From positions 45,807-109,806 of the forward strand of contig QPMI01000158.1 in NCBI GenBank assembly GCA_004431415.1: a stretch of DNA of 64,000 nucleotides, in the 5' to 3' direction. Both the position numbers and the translations under genes were made by a program. Within the stretch, counting starts at the first letter, position 1; each line of letters opens with the position of its first letter. Positions 42,611 to 54,237 of this stretch are shown here, one piece after another. The notes beneath the pieces were generated by a model. That model saw only the letters and a list, made by a program, of their open reading frames with translations. It did no database searches and was not told the origin of the DNA. This stretch comes from Cyanophora paradoxa CCMP329 (Eukaryota > Plantae > Glaucophyta).

Positions 42611-43566
42611 TAGGCACTGCGGCATGCGCAGGCCGGCCTAGAGGCTGCCACAGGCTGGCAGCAGGCTGCATTGTAAGTTTGGCCGGTCGTCCAGCAAAAC
42701 GCCGCCACGTGAGCGAGGCTCGGAGGAGTCGGAGCCTGCCCCATCGGGTAAGTTAGCCGTGGACCATTCAATGCAGACCATTGATGCACCAGAAGTTGGG
42801 TCCAGAACTGGGCTGCAGAAGTACCGAGTACTACGGCGAGTAGGGCTCAGTATACGTAGGGCCGTCGTAGGCTGCGGTAGGCATGCGCAGCTTGCGGAGT
42901 TGCTCGACACTGAGCCCAGCCCCCATGATCCCCAATGATTCCCCATCACGGCCCCCATGTCTTTTTTTCCGTTACGGCGCGCCCATTCGGTCGGACAGGG
43001 GGCGCACATGATCAAGAAGATTGAATCGGTCCAACATTTCAGCAACCAATGAGCGCGAGGTTTATGAAATTATATATATATATATCTTCATAATATATAT
43101 GTGTACATGTGTTCGGGAACTTCGGCGGCGGAAAGTTCGGCCAACCAATGGCAGCCATGATCAGCCATCAATCAGCCAATGACAGCCATGAATCCCATGA
43201 TCATGATCGATCATCATGGCATCCAGCCTAGGCGGCTATATATATATAGCTAGGCCGGCGCCTAGATCTAGATTAGGCTGATTAGCAGTGTAATTTAGCA
43301 CTGTTTTAGCAGGCCCCGGCCCCCGGCCCCAGCTCAAACGTTGCGTACCCCACCTTCAATGTCGCGTACCCCGGCTAGCTAGCTCAGAAGCAGCCGGGCC
43401 GGCGCCGGCGCCGCGCGCGAGCGGCCGGCGCCAGGCCGCCCGCCGGCGCCGCCGCCGGCTCAGTCAGTCCGACGGCTGCATAGCCGACGCCTCTGGACGA
43501 GCCTAGCCTGCCTAGGCCTCGAGGCTCGAGCTCGGAGGCGCGTGAGCGCTAGCTCGAGGAGCCGCG

Positions 43567-43639
43567 ACACATATGAATATTCATATTTTAATCCCTCGGC
43601 GTTCCGCCTCAGGATTAAAATATGAATATTCATATGTGT
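43567..43639. repeat. Terminal hairpin of element 2 (28-bp stem, 17-nt inner segment)
   Basis: ACACATATGAATATTCATATTTTAATCC-CTCGGCGTTCCGCCTCA-GGATTAAAATATGAATATTCATATGTGT. Confidence 0.95.
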
Positions 43640-43642
43640 GAT

Positions 43643-43866
43643 TCGATGTTATATCAATAAAATCGATTAATTTATTTGAATTTTCACATGAATTTTCATA
43701 TTTTTAAATGCATTTTCAATTAATTTAATCGATGTTATATCGATAAACTCGATTAATCGATATTGTATCTTAATTGTAGTTAATCGGAATTATATCTATA
43801 ACTTCGATTAATCTTAATTGAATCCTAAATGAATCTAATCGGAATTATATCAATAAATTCGATTAA
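43643..43866. repeat. Four ~28-bp quasi-palindromic units TCG..TTATATC.ATAA..TCGATTAA
   Basis: Copies at 43643, 43729, 43784 and 43839. Confidence 0.75.
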
Positions 43867-43904
43867 ATCATGTTCTTTTCCGATTAAATCAATTAAATAT
43901 TTAA

Positions 43905-44745
43905 CTTTGTTACCATAAGTGGTCTAAGTTGACTCACTTTTCATAAACATTTTGAACTCTTAGTCTTCTTGAATTTCTTAAGATGACTCAACTTAGTCAA
44001 CTTAGTCAACTTTGTTACCATAATCAATCAGGGTGGACTCACTTTTAGATCAACTTTGAAATTTCAAGCAAAATCAACTTATATTTCAAAAGTGGATCTT
44101 CTAAGTGGACTCATAATGTTCACTTTGTGATACATTTAAGTTCTAATGCTTACTGTATATGGTCAGGGTTGACTAAGTGGGGGAGTTGACACATTTTTCA
44201 AAATCTTTTATAGAATATTCTTTGGATCTCAAAATTTCCTCTGAAATTTGAGTCAACTCAACCCACTTAGTCAACCTTAGCATTGAAATGGTCACATTTT
44301 TATATACATTTACTCCTTTTACGATTAATATGAATCAACCATGAGTCCACTTAGTATTAAATATCAATCAATGTAAATATAAACAAGGGAATTAAGAGGA
44401 ATGCTTATTGAATATGGTCAGGGTGGACTCACTTTTTCATACAAATCGAATTCCCAAGTAAATTTGACTCTAAACTGTTAGGTGGATCTTCTAAGTGGAC
44501 TCAATATGTTCACTTTGTGATACATGTTAGCTCAAATCCTTACTGTTTATGGTCAGGGTTGACTAAGTGGGGGGAGTTGACACATTTTTTGAAATCCTTT
44601 TTAGAAAACTTTAGGTCCCAAATATTTCCTGTGAAATTTGAGTCAACTCAACCCACTTAGTCAACCCTTGCATTGAATTCGTAACAAAATCCATATACTT
44701 TTACTACTTTTACGATTAATATGAGTCAACCTTGAGTCCACTTTA
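43905..44745. repeat. GTTGACT/AGTCAAC iteron field with two inverted-arm cassettes (44167-44276, 44557-44666; 390-bp period)
   Basis: GGTTGACTAAGTGGG..GAGTTGAC - 60/61 bp - GTCAACTC..CCCACTTAGTCAACC. Confidence 0.85.
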
Positions 44746-45538
44746 ATATAAATATAATATAATAGGGGGAATCTAGGGCAGATGCTTATTAACATATGAA
44801 TTATTGAGCCTATGATACTTACATAGTCACGCTGGTCTCGTTAAGAGGATTCCGAATCTGTTTTTATCTTTGTAAGATGATGAGTTGGTGAAGAGATACA
44901 TGCATTTTAGTGTTTTGTATGGGGTTTAATGATATGATGTCATAATGCATGGGTTTTCGTCAACAGTTAAATGAACAGTTAAGTGGACACCGTTTCACGA
45001 TAAACGAGTAGACACTGCCTACTCCCAACAGGTGTCCACTTAACTGTTCACTTAATTGTTCACAATTTGCTTCATTGTCTTTCAATAGCTTTCCCACAGA
45101 TCTTGTTTTCAATTGTTGTTGCAGTCCACTATTACAATAGTTGTCTCCTTAACTGTTCACTTATCTGTTCGCTGCGGAAAAAGACGATGACGGACGTGTA
45201 ATTTTACGAAATGATGTCATAATGACGATGCAAATGTATATGATATATATGACACACCATCGAACTCGGGAGATCATGACGATCACGGCGATATATATAT
45301 GTTATATGTTTATGATACATCATTATTACATCATTATGATGCATCATTCCGAAATCTCGAAAAATCGATAATCGGCATCTTCAAACGCTTGTATCTCATC
45401 ACCAGATTATCAAATCGCAACGTTCTGCATATCGCTGTGAAGCGCTTGAAAAGATCTACAAGACTATGTGTATAGCATATGCATATATGTATATCAGTCA
45501 TACATATATTTTGAAAAAACGAGTTTTCGGCTAGCAAA

Positions 45539-46924
45539 CTAGCTAGTTTTGGTCCTTTCTCTTAGTGTTCTTTGAGGTTTAGGGGCTGTATATGACTCCT
45601 TAGTAGTCTGAAAGTCATTATACCATCTCTGGCTATTCACTTCTGAAAGTTTCTGTGTCCCTGCTATAGTGAGCTTTTTGAGTTCCCTATTAACTTTGCC
45701 AGCCTTCTCCTTTCTAGCCTCTATCAAAGGCTTATCTGGGACTTCATTAGCAGCTTCTATGCCTTCTCTCCTTATAGCAGCATCAACCCTGGCTTCCTCC
45801 TTGGCTTGCTCTAAGGCATCCACTGTAGGGGTTTCTAGATATTCAACTGCATTCACAGGCAACAGCTCATGGAAAGCAAACCTGTTTTCTATGATCTCAC
45901 CAGTGGGACTCCTTAGCTTAAACTTAAAGCCTTCCCTACTATCAACAGTGTAAACCATCCTAGACCAATTGTTACCCTGTTTAGCAAAGGGGTTCTTCTC
46001 AACTTTCACTCTAACAAACATGCCAGGCTGCATGGTATCAAGATAAGCTATTGATTTCTTGAATCTTTCATCTTCTAATCCCACTATATACCTGTAATGC
46101 TCCTCTGTAGTTTCGCCTGGCTTCATCTTAGTAGCTGAGTGGACTGTATTATTGTAATTATACTCAATGTCACCTAACACATCAAAGAATCTAGCTGTGT
46201 TATTGGCTATGCAGTAGTTTGTGATCAGTCTCTTAATCTGCTTGTTAAAGGCTTCAATTCGACCTTGGCTTCTGTGGTCAGCAGTTCCACTCACTTGGTG
46301 TTCTATGTATTTACTAGATAGATACTCCTGGAATATTCGATTTTGGAATTCACTCCCAGCATCTGATTGAACCTTTACTATGGGTCTTGCCACTCTCATC
46401 TCAAGCTGTTTAAATGCAGCCAATGTAGTGAGAGCTGATTTATCCCTTATAGGTATAACATACCCAGTTCTTAGTGTGGATTCCATTGCAGTCATAAATG
46501 TATCATAACCATTGTTTTGTTTCTTATAAGCTGGGAAAAAGAGCAAATCAATCACATAAGTATCAAGGGGTTGCCTAATTGGGACCATGGGATCTCTCTT
46601 TCTAGATATAGCAGGTGCATTGATCTGAACAACTTCTTGTTTTTTATAGAACTCTTGCAACTGCTTATAGGATTCATCAGGTAACTCAGCCCTCATAGCT
46701 TGAAGCCCTTTGTAACCAGTTCTCACATCATAGAATCTCTTGGCAATCTTGCTAGTTTCTTTCACTGCAATAGCAACTGGGATCTCTACTGGGACAAGCT
46801 CTTTCATCTCTGATTTTTTAACAATTCGAGATTCCCCCTTTTCCTCCTTTGGAACTGTGATGGGCAATAGGTTACCTTGCAGTTGCTCAGTGGTTCTTCT
46901 AACTATTCTTCCAGTTGCTGGCAT
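45539..46924 (-). CDS. rve integrase of element 2
   Basis: VIDLLFF, VQSDAGSEF, GRIEAFNK; collinear with the element-1 integrase. Confidence 0.93.
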   Translation of the reverse strand: MPATGRIVRRTTEQLQGNLLPITVPKEEKGESRIVKKSEMKELVPVEIPVAIAVKETSKIAKRFYDVRTGYKGLQAMRAELPDESYKQLQEFYKKQEVVQINAPAISRKRDPMVPIRQPLDTYVIDLLFFPAYKKQNNGYDTFMTAMESTLRTGYVIPIRDKSALTTLAAFKQLEMRVARPIVKVQSDAGSEFQNRIFQEYLSSKYIEHQVSGTADHRSQGRIEAFNKQIKRLITNYCIANNTARFFDVLGDIEYNYNNTVHSATKMKPGETTEEHYRYIVGLEDERFKKSIAYLDTMQPGMFVRVKVEKNPFAKQGNNWSRMVYTVDSREGFKFKLRSPTGEIIENRFAFHELLPVNAVEYLETPTVDALEQAKEEARVDAAIRREGIEAANEVPDKPLIEARKEKAGKVNRELKKLTIAGTQKLSEVNSQRWYNDFQTTKESYTAPKPQRTLRERTKTS

Positions 46925-46927
46925 CTC

Positions 46928-49900
46928 TTAATTAAAAGGAACAGAATTAATACCATCTGGTAAGATGTATCTCTTTGCATCAAAGCAGTTTAGGGCAACC
47001 CTTCTACTCACAGTGTCTATTATTGTGTGATCTGCCCTTCTTTTCTGCTTTGCAGTCACAGTCTTGCTGATACCTGCAAATAAACACTGTTTAAAATCAT
47101 TAAATTGGAGTTCCTCAGTTGAAGTCCCAGAGAGCTTACTCCTCTCAATCTCAGCAGTTCTGAAACTGTAAACTTTGGCTCTTAGACCCACATACTCCAA
47201 TATAGCAGAACCTGGCATCTCATTTTTGTATTTACCTGGGGTCATTCTGTTAGATCCCCCTAGGTCCAAGGCATAAGATATATTCTCTATATCTTTTTGT
47301 AAGGTCTTAGATTCAATATATAGACAGAAGGAGTCAGTATCATGGAATAGTAACTTTGCTTTTGACCATTGAGACCTCACAGTATCATAGAAGAACTTGT
47401 AGTTATGCAGTTTGGCAGCATCCAAAACATAAGCCCCAATAGCAACAGGTTTATCTAGCTTCACATGTTTTGTGTAAAACTCAAATGCAACTGCCCTTTC
47501 ACTTATGGGACTTGTTGATTTCACTAAAGGAGAGGCTGCATATTTCATAAATAGCTTCTCAGTGTTGGCAATCTTAACCACAGATCTACCTCTACATGAT
47601 TCAATGCATTTCCCATAGATTGAATTATTCATGAGCTTATAGAAATCAGCCTCGAATTTATTCACTGCTTTCCTTCTCATCTCAGTATTCAGCTCAATGT
47701 AGGGTTTCATTACAGGAGCCACAGTAAATGATAGGACCCTGTGAACCTTCTTTAGTTTCACCCCTTTGTCCAACAGATACTGTAGAAGAGGCTCAGAAAT
47801 CACATAGTTGGTCACAGAACCAAAGGTTGCAGTTAGCTTAGGGGTCTTATCAAGCTCTTCTCCTGAGAGATCTAATAGGCTCTTTTGATATTGTGATAAT
47901 TCTGCATATTCTACTATTTTCTTGTTAATAATTAGGGGGAAATCACTGTGGTCTAGATATAGCCTAATTGGGTAATCCAGATCAACTTCCAGGAAACTGG
48001 ATCTGTTATCTTGTGGGTTGAATTCGGTCTCCCATCTAAAATCACCAACTGGGATTGGCTGACTCAAACAGTAGCCATACAAGTTGTTAGCATCAAACAG
48101 CATTATATGGGAGTTCTCACCATCAGCCTCAGCATACCTACAAGGCATTGTTGCAAAGCCACCCCTGATTCCCCTCTCAACAAATTCGTATTGCTCTACA
48201 TCACTTATAAGCTCTATTTTTGCCTTGGTGGTCCTAAGCATAGCATCCCAAGATAACCCAGGTGCAGATACATAATGAACTGGGTCCAATCCATATACTG
48301 AGTGTGAAAGCCTTCTGAAAGCCTGGAATTTGCTCATTAACTCATCTACATCAGCAGCCCCAAAGTCCATAAAATTACTTGCATCAATGAACTTGTAAAG
48401 ACCCCATTGCAATGAAAGGTATTGATCAAAGTTTTTCGAAAGGATTTCGATTCGCTTTTTATCACCCATGCCTGCTATTTTTCTGAAAATGAATGTCCCA
48501 CAGTCATCCATTTGGTCAACAACAACTGCAACTTTGGTTTGCTTTGAGATTCTCCTATGGAGATTGCAGTTTCTGCATGCAGGAGCAATGTAATGACCTG
48601 TGTGGTGGTCATGATCTCTGCATTTGAAGTTCTCCTTGGTGAATCTCTCACTGCAAAGGTAACAGTGTTTTGTAGCTCTGTAAATTGCTTTCTGCTCATC
48701 TGTGAGTTCATTCATGGGAATATTGGTAAACAGGAAGTCAATTAGCTCTCTTGCTTTGGATTCCAAGCATTCAAACAGACCTCCCATTGGATCCTGACCC
48801 TCAAATCGAAAATCTTGAACATCTGCCCCAGTGACTATTCTAATGTTGACTGCTGAGACTTCCCTCTTGGATTTCGATGCATCTATGGGGATGCTTCTAT
48901 TTTCAATCTTGCAGTAAACCACAACAGGAAGCCAAACAGTTTTCCTTAGGTTTTTCAGTCCAAACTCTATGGTGGTCTCAGGTTTAGGGGTGATTCCCTT
49001 TGAGAGTCTCCAATCAATGCATCTGTTTGAGTCCACATGAGCAGTGAGTTTAGCCTCAGACCTGAATCGAGATAAGCATGTATCACAGTAGTGTAACTTT
49101 TGATCATTGTATGTTTCATGGTTTACTTTCAATAGCCTTGAAAGGGACATGATTGTAATATAGTGACCATTCCCTTCATCATCAAATATCAGCATGAGAT
49201 TAACCTTATGCTTTCTGCCTGGGTTACTTGATTGATGCAGGGGATAAATAACCTCTCCATCGATTCCAAATATATTAATGCTAATGCCTGCATTTTGAGC
49301 CTCGAATTTATCAATTATTTCAGCATCACAGGCAACAGGGAATGGGATATTGTCGAAATTGAGAGCCAGCGGATTATAAGCGATTGCTGAGTATTTCCAT
49401 TTGCGATATTGGGAAAGCTCATTCTTCTTATGGGAGTTTATCGCTTTTCTGTGAATATATGCCAAAATTGCATTTTCGAAGCAGGAATCATCAATATTTC
49501 GAATATTCACTGTGGCTCTCTTCCTAGCAATCCACTCTGGGGTTTGTAGAAAGCATCCACCAGTTGGAGCATAACTCATAATAGCCACTCTGAGTATTTC
49601 AATTCTTTCTAAGCGATAGCTATCAACCACATTCATCTGCTCCTGACACATTTGGGCTGCTTTATTCAGCTCAGTTCGAATATTTCTCGACCTGGTTAAT
49701 ACAAAGTAATCACTGTAAATGTATTTCGATATCCAAACCTGTGGATTGCTCACTTTAACGAACTTGCAGATAAAAGACAAGCGAACCTTGATTGCCCTGA
49801 ATTGATCTAAACCCTGCTTTAATCGATTTGGAAGGGATGTAGCAATTCTATCCAGGAATTCAATCACATCTACAACAACTTCCCTTCTGGCTCTGTATGT

Positions 49901-50173
49901 GAGCCAGCGATATAATTCATTCATGGCTGTTCCATCTTCTGCCTCTGGTTCTATTTGCCTAAGCCTATCCAGTTCATCCAAGGTTTCAATTTTATCATAT
50001 AGGTTATTTGCTTTTCTGGTTAATCTGCTTAAAGTGGGTCTGCCCCTTGCAATTAAATCTATTTCCCGGTCATATTCAGCCTCTGTTATTTCATGGGCTG
50101 CATATAGTGTTCCCAGCAATCCCATGAGTTCCCATTTCTTCTCCCTTATGAGTTTGTTGGTAATTCGGGGCAT
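46928..50173 (-). CDS. Protein-primed PolB of element 2
   Basis: FDANNLYG, KLMNNSIYGK, HDTDS; full-length homolog of 18642-21905. Confidence 0.95.
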   Translation of the reverse strand: MPRITNKLIREKKWELMGLLGTLYAAHEITEAEYDREIDLIARGRPTLSRLTRKANNLYDKIETLDELDRLRQIEPEAEDGTAMNELYRWLTYRARREVVVDVIEFLDRIATSLPNRLKQGLDQFRAIKVRLSFICKFVKVSNPQVWISKYIYSDYFVLTRSRNIRTELNKAAQMCQEQMNVVDSYRLERIEILRVAIMSYAPTGGCFLQTPEWIARKRATVNIRNIDDSCFENAILAYIHRKAINSHKKNELSQYRKWKYSAIAYNPLALNFDNIPFPVACDAEIIDKFEAQNAGISINIFGIDGEVIYPLHQSSNPGRKHKVNLMLIFDDEGNGHYITIMSLSRLLKVNHETYNDQKLHYCDTCLSRFRSEAKLTAHVDSNRCIDWRLSKGITPKPETTIEFGLKNLRKTVWLPVVVYCKIENRSIPIDASKSKREVSAVNIRIVTGADVQDFRFEGQDPMGGLFECLESKARELIDFLFTNIPMNELTDEQKAIYRATKHCYLCSERFTKENFKCRDHDHHTGHYIAPACRNCNLHRRISKQTKVAVVVDQMDDCGTFIFRKIAGMGDKKRIEILSKNFDQYLSLQWGLYKFIDASNFMDFGAADVDELMSKFQAFRRLSHSVYGLDPVHYVSAPGLSWDAMLRTTKAKIELISDVEQYEFVERGIRGGFATMPCRYAEADGENSHIMLFDANNLYGYCLSQPIPVGDFRWETEFNPQDNRSSFLEVDLDYPIRLYLDHSDFPLIINKKIVEYAELSQYQKSLLDLSGEELDKTPKLTATFGSVTNYVISEPLLQYLLDKGVKLKKVHRVLSFTVAPVMKPYIELNTEMRRKAVNKFEADFYKLMNNSIYGKCIESCRGRSVVKIANTEKLFMKYAASPLVKSTSPISERAVAFEFYTKHVKLDKPVAIGAYVLDAAKLHNYKFFYDTVRSQWSKAKLLFHDTDSFCLYIESKTLQKDIENISYALDLGGSNRMTPGKYKNEMPGSAILEYVGLRAKVYSFRTAEIERSKLSGTSTEELQFNDFKQCLFAGISKTVTAKQKRRADHTIIDTVSRRVALNCFDAKRYILPDGINSVPFN

Positions 50174-50232
50174 TATTCCTAACTTGTTCCTATTCTAAGG
50201 GGATATTTTATTTTAGAGCATTTTAAACGCAA

Positions 50233-50413
50233 GTTGACTTAGTGGGTGGAGTTGAGGCACTTTTTATTTCTTTTTAGGGCAGAGTCCTCTTTCAGAATCT
50301 GTGAAAAAATGAGTCAACTCCCCCCACTTAGTCAACCTAATCGATAAATAAACCATAAATAAAAGACTGTTTGGGTCTTTTATGATAAATTTGAGTCAAC
50401 CATGAGTCCACTT
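50233..50413. other. Internal GTTGACT iteron cassette, putative origin of element 2 (core 50233-50337)
   Basis: Same arms as 44167-44276, immediately downstream of the helicase stop at 50424. Confidence 0.7.
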
Positions 50414-50423
50414 TTGAGTAAAC

Positions 50424-53016
50424 CTAAACTTCAACATCAGAGTCATAATCTGATGCATCAGGATCAGCAGCAGGTAGTTCTTGTTTCATCCTTGGATTAG
50501 CTTCTTCCTCAATGGTCTCATCATCTACAAGCTTCATCTTTCTGAATTCCTCAAATACTTGTGGGAATAGGAAATGATAGTATTGCTTACCATTTGTAGT
50601 TTTCACTTGGATATATGTCACACTTCTCATTTCAGTATAATACCTGCGACTATTATAATCGTTTTTATATTTATTGCTGGTAATGAACTCCTGGAACCAT
50701 TTCCAGGTTTCCACAAGGCTACCAGACTTGCATTTATTCTCGGAAATTAAGCCTCGATCCACAAGCCACTTAGTGAACATAAGGATGATTGGAGCGCACA
50801 CCTGTTGGGCTAAATAGTATTTATTTGTAAGGGGTCTATCAGCAATCCAGTTCACATCCTCACAGTCAACTTTGGTTCTCAAATAGTGGGCAATGTTTCG
50901 AATATTGCAGTGATCATTTAGCCATTTTACAAGTGGAAGGAAGTATGACCTATCCTTTGCGAATTTCTTACTAACTTCAACAACCACAAATCGCCTATCT
51001 CCAGCTTCAATTTTCACTGGAATGTTGTTATTGCTGGTGAATATAATCCTGGCAAAGTTGCTTTTTGTGTATGAATCTATCCCTTTGTGTTCAATTACAA
51101 TCTTATCAGAAGTTATGAGATCTTTGAGCATATCATTATTTTCGAATGTGTCCTTGCCTGAGGCTTCATTCACAACAATCAAGATCTTATCCTCTCTATT
51201 GTGGGCAAATCGACCAAACAGATCCTCTTTTGGCTTTCCAGTTGCATAACTTAGGGCATCTCCAAGTATCTTCTTTTGGAAAGTATCAACCAACACATTT
51301 TTACCAGTTCCCTGCTCACCAATGAAGATTAAGGATACTCCATTGAGTTCCCCAGGCTTTTGCAGCATGTGGGCAAACCATTTCAACAGATATTCATAGG
51401 TATTTTGATCCTCACCAGACATTAAGAACAAGTGATCTAGGAAAGGCTTAATCATCTCAGCAGTTACATCCTCTGGAGCATTTTCGAATTGCTGATGGTC
51501 GACCTTCATTCCTGGATAGAGATTAAATACAGACTTGCATTTTGCACTGAGAGTAGCAGGAGGGGGAAGGAAATCCATGTAAGTTGATCTTGTGGCTGTT
51601 GGATCCACAATCCATTTCCTAAATGATTGCTCCCATTTCTCTTTCTCATTATCTGTCCCCTCATTCACAATCACCTTATGCATCAAGTGGGGGAAATGCT
51701 TTGTAGAGAGCTTCCCAATATCTTTTGGCATCCAGCAAAGTAGTTGTTCATCCCAGAGCATCACACAACCAACATTTTCAACATGATGCATTCGAGCATT
51801 GAAATACCTCTTATGCACATTGTAATGTTCAGCCAAAGGAGGATACTTGCAGTCTTGTAATCGATTTCATCTGTGTCCTCTGGTAGGAATGCATACTTTT
51901 TGGGAAGAGTTCCTTGAAAAGCTCATTGTTATCTTTGCTCAACCAATAAACCAAGGATTTGAAGGTCAACACTTTGCCAGGCTCAGCCTTCTTCTTGCTT
52001 CTGCGAAGCTGTGTAAACTTCTCCTGGCATTCATCATAATCATACTTGTCACTCTGTTCTGAGAATTGGTGGAAGAGTTCAGCTTGCATTTTAGGGGTGA
52101 ACTTGTTGTCTTCCCCAACATTGATGATGACCAGTCCTACATCAATCCAAGTTTTATACTCATTAGCTCTCTCACCATTCAGACCCATTATAACACTTTG
52201 TAGCAGTTCGAAAGTAACAGGATTGTCGGGTTCAGTGTCTTTTTCAGCTTCTACCTTCTCAGTCTTCACTTTATCACTTTTTGGCTCCTTTTTAACTGGT
52301 TTTGGCTCAGGGCTATAATTTGCGAATGCAGAAATATTCGATTCATCCACAAGTTTAGTAGAAGCTGAGAAGAAAGATACAAAGAAGTCCTCATTTCGCA
52401 TTAACACTTTGTCACAGTCAACGAATTTCTTAAAGCAAACGTTTTTATCAACATCTTTCTTTGATTTATTTTGAGCATCCAGAGTCTCACCTTTGCAGCA
52501 ATTGAGGCAGATAAGGTTCTGTGTGGAGCTGTAAACTCCACTGTCATAATCCTCATTTTTCACCAATCCCATAGCTTTGAAAAGCTTGGGGATATCTTCA
52601 TGTTTGCATGCAAGCGATTTAATGATAAAGTGGGCTGAGATCTTGAACTTGGTGACATCCTCCTTGATCAAATAAACCCTTCTATGGCGAACTGCAACAG
52701 CAATATCGTTAATCGAAGTGGTCCCAGATCGCTTCCATAGCTTATCTCTCATCTCTCTTACAACAGTTTCAGCCTCAGCATAGTTATCAGCAATATTCTC
52801 CTTCAAATCAGCGAATTTATCCAGGTCCAGGTAAACTCTGGTCACTTGTTCAGGCTGAATGCATTCAGCCCAGGTCTTGACCTTGCTATTATCAATTGCT
52901 TCAAGGGCATCTTCGGCGGAATCAAATACATGGGTGACCTTGTTGCGATCACCAATGAGAGTACTAAGGAATGTAGCATTTTCAACAGGGGTGGCGAATT
53001 TCTCGATTTTGTTCAT
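50424..53016 (-). CDS. AEP primase (PrimPol/UL52-like) - PriCT-2 - SF3 helicase fusion, frameshifted around 51830-51900
   Basis: RVYLDLD, SAHFII, DSGVYS; EYKTWIDVG...FSEQSDKYD (PriCT-2); GEQGTGKN, VVNEA, IIFTSN, GDRRF. Confidence 0.85.
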
Positions 53017-53234
53017 TTTCGATTTTGGGGGACTTCTACCTTTAACAAAGAAAATAATTTCGGAAGGAGGAATTGTCTTTTATATATATCCTATTATTTG
53101 CCAAGTCCTTAAGTAGTTTTGGGTCGGGATACTGTCTCGATATATAGGTACAGTTTTAAAAAAGAGGGAAGAAAGCTGTCATTTTTTTGCCTCCGATCAA
53201 ATCGATTTCTACAAAATTTGTTTCGATCGAGAAT

Positions 53235-53561
53235 TTATTCTTCGATATATTTCCGAGGTCTTCCAACCGGTTTATGCTCTTTGGGTTTCTTGGGCTGTTC
53301 ATCTTTCTTCTTGTGGTAATATTCCAGCGCTTTTGCCTTTTTCTGTTCGCGATATTCTTCATTTTCCCTGTATTTCCTCTGGTGTCTGAGGGCAATCTTT
53401 TTGAGTTCTTCTGGTGTGTGAACTGTAGCGGCTCCTTGGGATAATCGTTCCTCCTTCTTTTTATGATAGGCTTCGCGTTTTCTTTGGGCATCTTGCTCCC
53501 TTTTCAGTCTCAGCTTCTCTGCTTTTTCATCATCTGTGAGTATCTTGCGGATATTCGGCAT
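53235..53561 (-). CDS. Small basic AT-hook protein, paralog 1
   Basis: YREQKKAKALEYY...GRPRKY. Confidence 0.75.
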   Translation of the reverse strand: MPNIRKILTDDEKAEKLRLKREQDAQRKREAYHKKKEERLSQGAATVHTPEELKKIALRHQRKYRENEEYREQKKAKALEYYHKKKDEQPKKPKEHKPVGRPRKYIEE

Positions 53562-53713
53562 TTCTCTTTAATAGTAGATACGAAAATAATTTTTCCTCAA
53601 TACAACCTATCTACTTTTTCTTTAAGTCATTTTTTGTTGCGAACACCAGTTCCTGTCTGTAAACTTTAATAGCTGCCTCAGTAGCATACTGAGACCGCTT
53701 TTTCTCAAGTATC

Positions 53714-53959
53714 TTATAGACCTGTGGGTCCATTGCTACTATCAGTAGGCAAATAATATTTAATCGGTCTCCCTCTGGGTCTCTGCTCCTCTTTTTGGGC
53801 TTTTCTGCGATAATAGGATGCCAGGGCTTGTTGTTTCTTATACTCTCTATATGCTGGGTCCTCTCTATATCGTTTCTGCTTTGCTAGAATGTGTCTAATA
53901 GCACCCTCAGTTAAAGGCTCATCACTAGTAAACTCGATCAAACTAATTGTATCCTCCAT
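53714..53959 (-). CDS. Small basic AT-hook protein, paralog 2
   Basis: YREDPAYREYKKQQALASYYRRK...RGRPIKY; start placed at MEDTIS. Confidence 0.65.
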   Translation of the reverse strand: MEDTISLIEFTSDEPLTEGAIRHILAKQKRYREDPAYREYKKQQALASYYRRKAQKEEQRPRGRPIKYYLPTDSSNGPTGL

Positions 53960-54215
53960 TAATATTTGCTGAGAAAACGTTTTCGCCTGGTAAAGAACTT
54001 CTCCTTGGATACTCCTGTTGCTCATATGTATACTCTGTGGGGTCTGCTGGCATTGACTCCACAGAAACTGTTGATCTCCTTCTCTCTCTTGCCTCAGATA
54101 CATTATCCTCAGTATCTGACATCTCAAACTCTATTGTTGTGTCACAGCATCCACTGTGGCAATTGCTTACCACATGCAGACTGAGCATCTCAATAAACTT
54201 TCGTATTATATCCAT
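53943..54215 (-). CDS. Conserved hypothetical protein (CHSGCCDTT)
   Basis: Homolog of 25941-26288. Confidence 0.75.
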   Translation of the reverse strand: MDIIRKFIEMLSLHVVSNCHSGCCDTTIEFEMSDTEDNVSEARERRRSTVSVESMPADPTEYTYEQQEYPRRSSLPGENVFSANINGGYN

Positions 54216-54237
54216 GTCTCTAATAAAACAGAGAAAA

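Noticed and set aside
43643-43866. CRISPR-like palindromic repeats with ~27-bp spacers
   Set aside because: Repeats are degenerate and spacers share sequence (ATCTTAATTG); better read as a 55-bp tandem array.
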